Shown here one piece after another: positions 13,111-23,442 of a stretch of 59,693 bases of DNA. The stretch is taken from assembly GCA_002633005.1 (NCBI GenBank), contig NMRA01000300.1, positions 481,390 to 541,082 on the forward strand. Direction: 5' to 3'. Position numbers and translations under genes: made by a program. The DNA is from Phoronis australis. Its lineage: Eukaryota > Animalia > Phoronida. Position 1 is the stretch's first letter. Each line of letters begins with the position of its first letter. The notes under the pieces were generated by a model. The model was not told the origin of the DNA, made no database searches, and worked only from the letters and a program-made list of their open reading frames with translations.

Positions 13111-14302
13111 GCTGCTATTAGGCAAGCAGACGACATAATTAGTCGGCACCGAAGTTTTGTAATTAATTACCAGTAGCATTGCCAAAAGTACTCAAGATAC
13201 CAACTCTACTACTATTGGAACACTTTGAACAGCGTTTCAAATGCAGAAATTATTATTTTTTTCGTTGTGCTGGATAGTAAAGTAGATGCGAGAATTTCCC
13301 GTCAAAATACACTAACCGGAAACTGCACCAGAAAATTTAGGAGAGTGGCGACGCCTCTTGGGTAGTACGGAAGAAAATGTCGGTGTTGCGAATCTGTTGT
13401 CTATAATTTATGGTCTGACGAATGCCGGCTTAGCAAAGAACTATCCATACGTTCCGGTCTGTGCATGTTCACGGCGTCTCTCTAGTATTTCTTGATCACT
13501 GTATTCCGGTTCAAACTGATAGCCTGTGAAACTTAACGATACACCTAAGAAGTCTTCGTCGGATGAACTCTCGTCTAGAAGTCCGGATTCTGTTGACGTT
13601 CATTTGCGTTCTGTTTCAAAATGAAATATTCCCGTCCTAACCAATGCTTTTATAAAATTGAAACAAAGTATGTCTCATTAAATACAATTTGTAATGCCTT
13701 TGGAGTATTCGTGAGTGCAAATGTTTTGAGAAGCCAGCAATGAGTAAACCGTTGCGTTACCGGCTTCAGATGCAATAAAGGTAATTGACCTGGCACCGAG
13801 GCCGTGTGAGCGCATGCTAATTCAGTGTTTGCTGACAGAAACTGTTGTGAAACAACTCGATTTTCTATTCCACGCCCAGGGGTTAGGGGAATCTTTATTT
13901 ACATATATATTATTCAAATAATGGTTGTCAATGTACAACTTCTGCCCTGACGGTTCTGTGGCCAAAGGGAACCTGAATTCGCCGCCCCGACGGGTAAGTA
14001 GATTTGCAGTTTCGTGGCTAATTCAGCAACATAATCACGTGCACATTACTTCTTTGGCTCACTAGTATACTATTTTCTTGACTGGAAGTTTAGTTTGTGT
14101 TTGTGATGTCTTCAGTCTGGCCGCGACGGGCCTGATCGGGTCCCGAGCCACTGGCAGGGATAGCAAACGTGTCGTGCGTTTAGAACTCAGAAAATCACAA
14201 GGCTAAACAACACAGATCTACATGTAGGTTCTCCTGTCGGAATTTCACGGAAGAATACTTCGAATTTATCTCCGAACAGACCCCAAACTCCCGCTACAGA
14301 AT

Positions 14303-15306
14303 AGCGGATTTGCAGCGACGCCATATTGAAATTAGGTTAAAATGGTGCATTGTGGGTGCTGTGGTCAGGATTCCGAAAGCGGCCATAGTATCAAGCATAA
14401 TACGCGGTATGAGCGCGAAGAAAACTTACGGCGGATACACTTGTTGTGTTCCTGGCTGCTTCAAAAACAACAAGAGAGATAAAAATCTGAGTTTTTATGT
14501 GTTCCCTGCAAACCAAGAACTTCGTGAAAAATGGATAGACAACATTAGGAGAGCTGGGAGTAAGGGGAGATTTAGAGCATTCAAACCAACGCGGAGCCAT
14601 CTAGTAGGCAACACGTAGCCCCTCGGTTGGCCATATAGGGGCTACAATACTTCCATTCGCTTTCTGTACTCATTTCGTTACTTCAGTGTATTTTAAACGG
14701 GTCGTGACCGGATTTGGATTACCGATTTCGAGTTTTCACCTCGTCAAAAATACATTCTACTCTTAAAACTATCATTTAAAAAAAAACGCTTACTTTCATC
14801 ATTGGTCCTTTCTACTTCTATATGTATCTTAAGCTTAGTTGTGAGAATTAAGTTGACTGTGTGTGCAGCGAACATTTTCCTGGTGGAAAAAAGACGTATG
14901 AGAACAACATTCCGACGGAGTTTCCTCTTAAAATTAACGTCTCTAGTATATCCACGGCGAAAGCTACAAAAGTTAAGCAACCCAAGAAATATCAACTTGT
15001 CTGAAATCGGAGGAGATTTGGAAATCAACGCCAATAGGCCCAATACTGAACATGACGACAGTCGTGCCCTCGGTCACACGGTCACTGATCATAGCTAAGC
15101 TGTGTTTACGAACGAGAGAGAGAGGACTTGCTTGGTATTATAAAGCAAAAAAATGAAACATTGGTTTTAGTTTGCAAATCACTCCAAATGCACACACTAT
15201 CCAGCCTGCTCAAGACATGCCTGACCAGAAGCTATCCCATGAGCCTTAGCGCAGGAAGTAACTCGCACATGCGCAATGTGTAGTTTGTTTGCGCTGCAAA
15301 TCCGCT
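14303..15306 (+). mobile_element. ISL2EU/Harbinger-like internally deleted element
   Basis: Perfect TIR AGCGGATTTGCAGCG / CGCTGCAAATCCGCT flanked by AT...AT; contains a THAP ORF. Confidence 0.7.
14409..14618 (+). pseudogene. Truncated THAP domain (transposase N-terminus)
   Basis: MSAKKTYGGYTCCVPGCFKNNKRDKNLSFYVFP..ELREKWIDNIRR..FKPTRSH; cut just before the expected VCSxHF by a fragment homologous to 38150-38283. Confidence 0.8.
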
Positions 15307-15407
15307 ATTTGGTAATTACCTGGCCTGCCGAACTTTGTAGGCTATTGTGTGCCCAAATACCAACTCGGCCGCCGGGACTGGCACGAACATAAACCAGCTT
15401 GAGTTGG

Positions 15408-16460
15408 AAACTAAACCTCCAGTGAGCCAAAGAAATAATGTGCACGTAATTATTTATGTGAAGTAGCCACGAAACTGAAAATCTACTTACTTGTCGGGGG
15501 CCACGAAGTTGGGTTCCCCTTCCACAGACCGTCAGGGCAAAGGTTGTACATTAACAATCGTATTTGTATTTCTAAATAAAGATTCCCCTAACATGTGACC
15601 ACAGCATATAAAATCGAGTAATTGTTTTACAACAGCTTTATGTCACCAAACAATGAATTAGCATGCGCTCACACGGCCTCGGTGACTGGTCAATTACCCG
15701 GCTTTATTCATTGCCGGCATCAAAAACCGGTAACGCAGTGGTTTATTCATTCTGATTTCAAATCATTTGCACTCACGAATACTACAAAGGCATTACAAAT
15801 TGTATCTAATGAGACAGACTTTGTTTCAGTTTCATATAAGCATTGGTTTGAGGATAATTCATTTTGAAACAGAACGCAGAATACATTGCAACTCGCCCGG
15901 AGCCAATATCGACATAGTGAAGAGCTCATCCGACGAAGACTTCGCAGGTCGGATCGTTTGGTTTCACAGGCTATCATTTCGAACCGGAATACACTGATCA
16001 AAAAATACTAGAGAGACGCCGTGAACATGCACAGGCAACGGAACGTATGGATAGTTCTTTGGTAAGCCGGTATGCTTCAGAGAAATCACTGTCGACGAAA
16101 TGCCAGCCACAGACACGCAGATGTTTCACGGCCTCATACTTGCTATTAACAGCGTACCTTTCATTCTTCACTACCGCTAGCCACTTCCTAAGCATTTCAG
16201 GCTCTCGAGGAAGTCGAAAATCGACATACCCGCTTTCTATGCAGCTACATGATTCGGACAAGTGGGAACGATGCACCGCAATATAGCGGCATTAACTCTG
16301 CAGACGCACCACTGACGTCTCTGCTTCGTTTCTCATCTTCCTCACAGCTTAACGCGACACCTCTCGGCAAGGTGAGGTCGACCGTATAAGAGGCGATGTG
16401 GATATAGACCGATTAAGGCGGTAAAAAAGACTAATTAAATCGGGTGGCATTCTCCTTTAA
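15408..16460 (-). mobile_element. Right arm of THAP-bearing element (Kolobok-like TTAA|AG end)
   Basis: Reverse complement begins TTAAAGGAGAATGCC. Frameshifted THAP: RCIVPTCP / FRLPREPEMLRKWLAVVK..HLRVCGWHFVDSDF. Confidence 0.75.
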
Positions 16461-16555
16461 GTTATGTTTTTGGAGAAGTGAGTAGTCGTTTTAAGCTAAT
16501 CAAAACCAGCAAATGAAGGACCTCCAGCACAAAGGATGTTACCAAAGACTATGTA

Positions 16556-17841
16556 CCGTAGTTGAAGAGCCAGCAAGATTTTATTCACACTTTTGAGTAC
16601 AAATTAATTAACAATCAATTAATGTTTTTTTTAAACAGTTAAGTAAAACAAAAAGTCTTTTCCCATAAGATAGTTTAGTAGCCTTGGACACCATATCTAC
16701 ACCTCAATACGCAATTTTTCTTGGGGTTAGTGGATAAGACAAGGGGAGGGGGTGTTTGTACCCCGAGGACGATAAGACCCTGTTGTAGGAGAGTAACTAG
16801 TTATAGGATCTGAAAAGACAATCACAACTTAGGTATTTTCAGTTTAATTACAATAGAGTTAATTATAATTAATGCCGTTTGGATTTCGAATTTATCATCT
16901 GAAACAATAAACTGTGTTATGAGTCACATTTGTTTCCACTTGATATGCTTCAAGCAGCACAGCTTTAATTTGAAGCCAGCTTAATTAGTTACCCCAGTAT
17001 CTTAACTTAGTATATACGTTTTTGTATCATTGGTAAATTGGTGATATCAGATGCATTTGAAATAACATGTTTTATCCATAGTAATAATCAAAATTGTCTT
17101 ATTTCCTCTTTTATGCAAGTTCATTTTTGAGGGTCTTCTTTTGGGTCAAAACACCCACGTCTTAAATGCAAACATCAGGTAAAATCCAGTCGTAAGGTGT
17201 AGATATAGTATCCGAAATTACTAAACTATATTTTGAAAAAAAGATTTTTTCTTGCACTTAAAAGCTTAAAAAAATCGTAATTGGCCGTTAATTAACACAT
17301 GTCTTAATCAGTTACACAAGAATTTTTCAGGTCATAAGTTGTACTTTTGTTCATTTAATTAAAGTTTTATCCATAATAGTAATAAAAAATCGTGTTTCCT
17401 CTTTTATTAGTTCATTTATGAGGTCTCCTGATCCCTTGGGGTCCAAACATCCCGTCTTATCTACAAACCCCAGGAACAACCGTGTCTTAAGTTGTAGGTA
17501 TGGTGTCTAAGCTATCTTTTGGAAAAATGTTTGTTGCACCTAAAATTTTAAATAAATCGTTAATTGGTTGTTAATTAGTAGCCCTTTTAGTTAATAACCC
17601 TAGGAATTTAGGCGGCTTAAGTTGCATCATTTTAATTTGAGTGGTGATTTGAATGAAATAAACTTGAAACGGATGTTGCACTCAGGATTTTAATTAAATG
17701 GATTTTTGGGTCCTCTTGGATCCCCATCAGAGGCCAAAATCCCTTTCCTTAGGATGGTAGGTGATGTACAACAGAATTACTCAGTCAAACTTTTTGCACT
17801 CAAAAGCGTGAATAAAGTCTTGCTGGTTCTCCAACTAATGG
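16556..17841. mobile_element. Tc1/mariner-like non-autonomous element
   Basis: ~48-bp TIR CCGTAGTTGAAGAGCCAGCAAGATTTTATTCACACTTTTGAGTACAAA, TA on both flanks; internal ~295-bp direct repeat. Confidence 0.75.
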
Positions 17842-17909
17842 TAAGTACTGCCTGTGACATGAGGTCAACGTCATTGGTTAGTATCGATGAAAACTACTAA
17901 ACGCCTGCG

Positions 17910-18024
17910 CTTGTTCCTACGTTTTCCTACTTTTCACTGTACAGTTCCTGCTTTTTTCTACTTTTTTTGAAAATGTGTCCTACTTTCTTCCTACCTTTTT
18001 AACCAAAACTGCTTGAAAGCCTGT
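17910..18024. mobile_element. hAT-like element end fragment
   Basis: CCTACTTT-type sub-repeats, ending CTGCTTGAAAGCCTG. The partner end was not found. Confidence 0.4.
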
Positions 18025-18300
18025 AAATAGCACATTTGAATTGTTCATGAAAAAATCAAGAGGTTAGGTTTTTGTATTTTGAAAATTAGGCAAGGAATGT
18101 GACTTTTACAACCTAAAACTTTTGTTTAATGTTGGAACAATATGTTCCTCGTTAATTTTGCTGGGTGTGCAAGAAAAGTGGGTCGATTACCAAACCACCA
18201 GGCAGAGTTGGGTTTTGAGGAAAGCCAATCTCTACCCTGGAGTCTGTTGCTCATAAGAAGTTTGTGCGTCGTACACTGTTAACTCTGATTTATTATCAAG

Positions 18301-18391
18301 ATTTGTTGTTAGGTCTACTTGTTGTTAAGTGAATTTGTAGTTAGGTCTACTTGTTGTTAAGTGAATTTGTAGTTAGGTCTACTTGTTGTTA
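18301..18391. repeat. 32-bp tandem repeat, about 2.8 copies
   Basis: GTTAGGTCTACTTGTTGTTAAGTGAATTTGTA starts at 18308, 18340 and 18372. Confidence 0.9.
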
Positions 18392-19801
18392 TGTCTAGTT
18401 GCTGCAGAATACTGTGAACATATTCAGCACAGTTGAAGTTTTCTGCAGGTAAACACAACTATACGTCTTGTTTTGAGCAACAGTGACATAAGTGAAGTTA
18501 CGTAAGATGAATTTAAAATAATGAAAGCATATTTTTGTTGGTGTCTGTACCATAGCGTATAGAATTGTTGTGGGCCTTTTTGCGTGGGGACCTTCCACCT
18601 TTATAGTGGCAATAGTGCAAAAAAGCTGACTGTGGGGCTTGCGGGTTACAAAAGCATGCACTTTCTATTTCTATTAAAATTGCAATTTTGGTCAGTGTTC
18701 GTTAGTTCGAAGTATATATAAATAAAGACAAAGGTTAGACATTCTATTATTAATGGACTTAAAGTCACGTGTCTCATAAGGCGCTATTTTTGTGTTGCAG
18801 CTCGCAGATAAGAGAATATCCATAGTATAAAATGCATCGTTTGCACAAACTCCGTCTCCCCCGCTTCACTACAGACATTTGTTGCGCCCGTTTCGGCACC
18901 ACCTTGATCCCAGTTATTGCACCGGCCCCTTATTTGGATTTGAGGTGTTCTATTTTTTGTCGCGGGCCGTTTTTTCGCGGACGCGGAGGGAGGGTGGCCA
19001 GTTTCGTACTGGCCTTGGTGACGTCAGTCGGTCAGCTCAAAGGCCTGGGTGACGTCACTCCGTCGGCTTTATTTCACTCCCTCCGGATTCTGTCGCGTAT
19101 ATAATTCGTCGGGCCTGTCGCCTCCAAAATTAATGATGCCTCATTAAAACATTTTTACTCTTCCTTGAGTAAACTTAATTATTTACCCGGGTGTTGAAAA
19201 ATTGGTGTTCTTCAGTTATCCTGCTGCTAAAAATGCGATGCGCCCTTTGGGTGCGCCACTGCGTCACCTATCAGGCCGATTACTATGTTCTTCAATCAAC
19301 TGTAGAAGTTGCGTACATGTCATAACAATCGTAAGTGGTTTCATTTCGTTACAAGTTTTTACTATTTTAATACCAAAAAAAAACAATTTCAGAAAATACT
19401 CTCGAGAGATATCGCAAAGTTTTGGGAAATGGCGCGTACGTGCGCGTGTCACGAGATTGCACTGTTTTCAAAACTATGGCAGATACGATTTTCCTTTATT
19501 ACAAAAGGCGGAGAATTACGAAAAATGGCGTTTATTAGATTATTTGTTTATTTGTATAAACGGCTGTAACGGGCACTGTGAATGTCGATTCATACCCAGA
19601 TTCTGCATACACACCTGCAGGTTTTTAGCTCTAAGTTTCACCACGAGGTGACGAGCTGAGCACCCGAGTTGTGTGAAATTTCGGTGTCTAAAGGAGCTCT
19701 ACACACGGCTACCTAGCTGTATGTTGACGACAGCCTTCATAGAGCTAGCTGGCTTTCAACCTCTGTACATACATTTATAATGCAACTTTTGTAAATACAT
19801 C

Positions 19802-19955
19802 CAGGGGCGGATCCAGGATTTTGAGTTGGGGGGGCACGGGAAATAGAGAATTAGCCAGAATTTTGCCCTTCATTCGCACACTGCCAAATGGAAGCTGGGA
19901 GAATTTTATGGGGGGGGGGCATGGCCCCCTTAGCCTCCCTGTAAATCTGCCACTG
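19802..19955 (+). mobile_element. hAT5-like MITE family C
   Basis: CAGGGGCGGATCC...AATCTGCCACTG; perfect TSD ACATC. Confidence 0.9.
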
Positions 19956-20417
19956 ACATCTATATAGTTTGTGTACTATACAATATTTCAAATGGATTCT
20001 TAGTTTTCACTTTAAACTTAAGATTATCTGATTACCGCACTTGGTGTTATGGCAGGGTAAAATGTTCTGGAAAGAAATTTGTACTGCCTAGGGGAAGAAT
20101 CCCACAGCCGCACACCTTAATTGCCTACTAAATTCTGACAGGTGACAGAAATTCTGCTTGAAGCTTTGAACACGGTCTCTTCAAGAAGTATTCCTGTCTC
20201 TTGCTATGAACACTCGATTGTTTCACTCTTACAATGTAGGTGTAGCTATTTCCCCTCGGCGTTTCCCACTAGCTTTCACTGAAGGGTTCATTATTTCAAC
20301 TTGTATATTTCACAAACTGAAAATTCTTATAAATTTTATGAAATTAAACTTTACTTGGTATTCAACGTCGTAGAAAATCTTGCCACTGAACCCGCGCATA
20401 TACATGTACGCTTGGCA

Positions 20418-20659
20418 TATAAATGCCGTCATGAAACAACAAGCAAACGCCAGGATAAAAATAAGCTTGTGTACGTGGTATACCCGGTAAATAGGTTTCT
20501 GCTTCGTTGGAAAACTCCTAAATGAAGTGCGTTCTTGATAGGATATTGCAATGGTATTCTTATGTATGTGGCCAACATTTAAAATAGTGATTCACTCTCT
20601 TCAGAGAGAACTTGTGTTTACATATATGCTGTTGATGTAAATATTCTATTTCATTGTAG
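20418..20659 (+). promoter_or_regulatory. Candidate TATA box, short non-coding exon and 5'-UTR intron of the 915-aa gene
   Basis: TATAAA at 20418-20423; donor-like CG|GTAAAT at 20487; pyrimidine-rich acceptor TTCTATTTCATTGTAG ending 20659, 35 nt before the ATG. The acceptor is the stronger signal. Confidence 0.4.
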
Positions 20660-20694
20660 ACTCCAACTGCCGTGTTGAAAAAGACAACGTCCTA

Positions 20695-23442
20695 ATGTCA
20701 AAAAAACGGAAATCGACACAGTCGGAATTTTCAAGCCAAGGATCTGACCAGCCAGAAGGTGGGAACAGGCTTGGCAAGTCATCACGAAAATCGGGCGAAG
20801 ATCCGAACGATGTTTTACTGAAGAGTAGGGTGTCTGTATTTAAATGTAGGCCAGATAGAATAGAAAATCTAACACAAAGTATGCACGAAGCCAAGAACAG
20901 TGAAGAAAAGATGGAATGTTTAAGAAACTGTATTCGCAAAGAACTAGAGAAAAAACAAACCTTCTCCTACCAGCCAACAGGAATAGACCGTGTCTGTTCA
21001 CATCACATCATGTGGCTGACCCACAAAACTGAGCAATCAGAACACCAACAAACAAAGGATATATCGGAAGACCTGGAAAGCGAAGAGCAACATTTCCCCG
21101 GTGAGCGGAGACGTGGTAATGTTATTGTCTTCTATAAAGTCAACGATGAGAAAATACCTGAAATCTACCTTCTCTGCAATGGACAATCTTGGCGCTCCGT
21201 GGAATATTTGGTCGAACGTTCATTTCGAACCATGTGCTCAAAACATTTTCTAGACATCACGGATATTCGTTCACTGAAGACAGACAGTATCGCCGGACCG
21301 GATATTCAGAATGCGAGTGAGGTCAGGCCTGGCGCTCGTGTAACTTTCCACTCTCAAAATTTCTTGGAAAAGATAGTAAAGAATGTGTCAGGCGTAGTAA
21401 AGCACAATACAGCACTGGAGAAATTCGTCTATCCTACTGCAAGAGAGAACGAGAAAATAAAGCTTGATATAGGTCAAAGCAATGTAAAGTTCGGTAAAAC
21501 GTTCACTTACAACCAATGGTCACAAATATTAGACATATTATCAGACACATGCCGGCTCAATGATGACACGGATATCCCCAATGTAATATCACAGTTAGAC
21601 AACATACAAGAAATTTACGATGATAATCTGATGGATAGTCTGGACAACGAAATGTCGCAGCGAATCACGGAAATGGTGGTTAACGACGAATCTTCTGCTG
21701 ATTTTTATCTAAGTCACAAGAGTGACGATTTTAGTTCCTCGGCTTTTTTTGTTATTGGCACGAAATTTAAAGAATTTGAAAAATTCAAAATTGTTCCGAC
21801 GTTGCATGATGTCGCAAAAGCACTTAAAGACAATTTGTCCATTGGGGATCTGAGAAAATGTCTGGGAGAGGGGAAAATTGAATTGAAATATCGGTCTGTT
21901 GACAAGTTTCAAACTTCAGATCTGCAATCATATGTTCATGGCTGCTTGAATGTTGATGGAAGTGTTTATTACAAAGTACGCCAAAAGTGGTACAAATTAA
22001 AGACTTCTTTTTTCAAATCCATTGACAGAAATTTTACACTGATGGTAAACAATCTGTACATCCGTGAAGACGAGAAGCCGGTTGTGGAACTACTCAAGTA
22101 CCCTTGGCAAAGAGGTGACGGGAGACCGACATTTGACAAAGAAAGGATTAAAGAAATGCTACGTATTTCTGATAAAACCGTTGAAGGTCTAATGGAAATC
22201 TTATTAGATCCAGTTAATGCAATTGATGACAAGGGTAAATTGTGTCTGACGCCCTCAAGCTTTTTATTACCAGAAACATCTGACCTATTAAAAAAGATAA
22301 AAGGTGAAGCAGCATGCCAAACAAAGCATAAAAAGAAGGCAAAAGGCCCACGCCCTGACGACACCATTGTTGGTCAAAAAGCAGTCAAACCAGGGGTTAA
22401 AAAAGTGGAGAAAGGTGAAGCAAGACGCGAACCTACGTCTTCTTTCCGAGATATTCTTTGGAAAATGAAGAACGACCAACTAAGTGAGGAAGACGCAGTG
22501 GCCATTCGATTTCAGTTAAACAAGGTACCAATCTGCTGCTATTCGAATGGAGAACATTATACAGTCGCCAATCCGATATTAACGGAAAATTTGCAGCTCC
22601 GCATTCAAGAGTTGGACGAATCGTTAAGAGAGGAACGTGTTACAAATGTTCTGAAAAGTTTCATGTATCTGAAGGAAGGTGAATATAATGAATTGTACTT
22701 GCTTGAAGACGTCCCAGGTTTTATCATTATACCCGGTGACAGGGTACTTGTAAACCGCGTAGAATTGTTTGACGTGCTAGTTCACAAGAAAGACGGAAAC
22801 AAAACATTCCTATTCCACAACAAAGAAGGTTTTCACCATTCAACCCGTGACGCCTGCGCGCAAATACGGGACGCGGCACAGCTGCTGTGGCATGACTTCG
22901 TTAACGAGAAAAAGACGCACGCGGAATTGTTTTTTAAGGAGGCCACTTCCGAGAAGGTGAACTCTCCTTACCGAAATATGATCAGGGATCAATTAGAGAA
23001 ACTTGGGAAAGATCCATTTCTTCGTTTGTTTGGGGACGACGTCACTTTGATATTTGTTCTGGGGTTCGTGGATTCTAAACGCGATAAACTGCAGTTTGAC
23101 TTCAAGCCCTTGGACCCCTCTCTCTTCAGGACTGAAGGCAGAGATATTTTGCAAGAACTAAAAAGGGCAAAGTTTGTTGGTCCTGATGGATATCTGACCG
23201 ACAAGATGATCGAAATATCGAGTGAGGAAAAATTTATGGAGGTTTGTAAAAAGAATAACATGTTAACTCAGTCGCAAAAACGCAGAAAAGATGCTTATGA
23301 TGTTTTAACGAAGCACGGTAAATGTTCAATTTCTACAATTGCTAAGCAAGAGCTGCTGTCGTTGGATAATGGATTTTCAAGATATCAACGGGGAGGGAAA
23401 AGAAACTTTGAGCTACGGATTGTCCAGCTGAAGTCCAAGTAG
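20695..23442 (+). CDS. 915-aa protein resembling bacterial TIGR04141/DUF6119 family; putative C-terminal PD-(D/E)XK-like nuclease domain
   Basis: The only long uninterrupted ORF (2748 nt). Ordered motifs match my recollection of the family: LQSYVHGCLNVDGSVYYKVRQKWYKL..FFKSID (W432), EGEYN (661-665), GDRVLVNRVELFDVL (E690, D693), FLFHNKEGF (H708, K710), STRDACAQI (Q723), IFVLGFVD, and terminal SISTIAKQELLSL...FELRIVQL. The ORF is solid; the family call is by recognition only. Confidence 0.75.
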   Translation: MSKKRKSTQSEFSSQGSDQPEGGNRLGKSSRKSGEDPNDVLLKSRVSVFKCRPDRIENLTQSMHEAKNSEEKMECLRNCIRKELEKKQTFSYQPTGIDRVCSHHIMWLTHKTEQSEHQQTKDISEDLESEEQHFPGERRRGNVIVFYKVNDEKIPEIYLLCNGQSWRSVEYLVERSFRTMCSKHFLDITDIRSLKTDSIAGPDIQNASEVRPGARVTFHSQNFLEKIVKNVSGVVKHNTALEKFVYPTARENEKIKLDIGQSNVKFGKTFTYNQWSQILDILSDTCRLNDDTDIPNVISQLDNIQEIYDDNLMDSLDNEMSQRITEMVVNDESSADFYLSHKSDDFSSSAFFVIGTKFKEFEKFKIVPTLHDVAKALKDNLSIGDLRKCLGEGKIELKYRSVDKFQTSDLQSYVHGCLNVDGSVYYKVRQKWYKLKTSFFKSIDRNFTLMVNNLYIREDEKPVVELLKYPWQRGDGRPTFDKERIKEMLRISDKTVEGLMEILLDPVNAIDDKGKLCLTPSSFLLPETSDLLKKIKGEAACQTKHKKKAKGPRPDDTIVGQKAVKPGVKKVEKGEARREPTSSFRDILWKMKNDQLSEEDAVAIRFQLNKVPICCYSNGEHYTVANPILTENLQLRIQELDESLREERVTNVLKSFMYLKEGEYNELYLLEDVPGFIIIPGDRVLVNRVELFDVLVHKKDGNKTFLFHNKEGFHHSTRDACAQIRDAAQLLWHDFVNEKKTHAELFFKEATSEKVNSPYRNMIRDQLEKLGKDPFLRLFGDDVTLIFVLGFVDSKRDKLQFDFKPLDPSLFRTEGRDILQELKRAKFVGPDGYLTDKMIEISSEEKFMEVCKKNNMLTQSQKRRKDAYDVLTKHGKCSISTIAKQELLSLDNGFSRYQRGGKRNFELRIVQLKSK

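Larger units (their letters stand above)
8598..13415. mobile_element. 4.8 kb unclassified TIR element inserted in the THAP arm
   Basis: Ends GACCATAGACTATAG / CTATAATTTATGGTC, plus subterminal IR CTAAATTTTCTGGTGCAATTTCTGG (~8705) vs CCGGAAACTGCACCAGAAAATTTAG (~13316). The host sequence resumes on both sides. Confidence 0.7.
7252..14096 (+). mobile_element. Left arm of THAP-bearing element (segments 7252-7405, 8399-8597, 13416-14096), split by insertions
   Basis: The segments join colinearly to match the reverse complement of 15408-16460. They encode RYIVPACPK..SFFQIPRE..LRKWLAVV..HLRVCG (THAP). Confidence 0.75.

Noticed and set aside
18301-18391. 32-bp repeats resembling a CRISPR array
   Set aside because: The units are contiguous with no unique spacers, there are no cas genes, and the context is eukaryotic.
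19202-19651. 149-aa ORF upstream of the main gene
   Set aside because: TTG start, atypical composition and no motifs; likely a chance ORF.
20646-23261. Minus-strand ORFs (63-132 aa) overlapping the long ORF
   Set aside because: Antisense shadows of a real coding sequence with no recognisable motifs.
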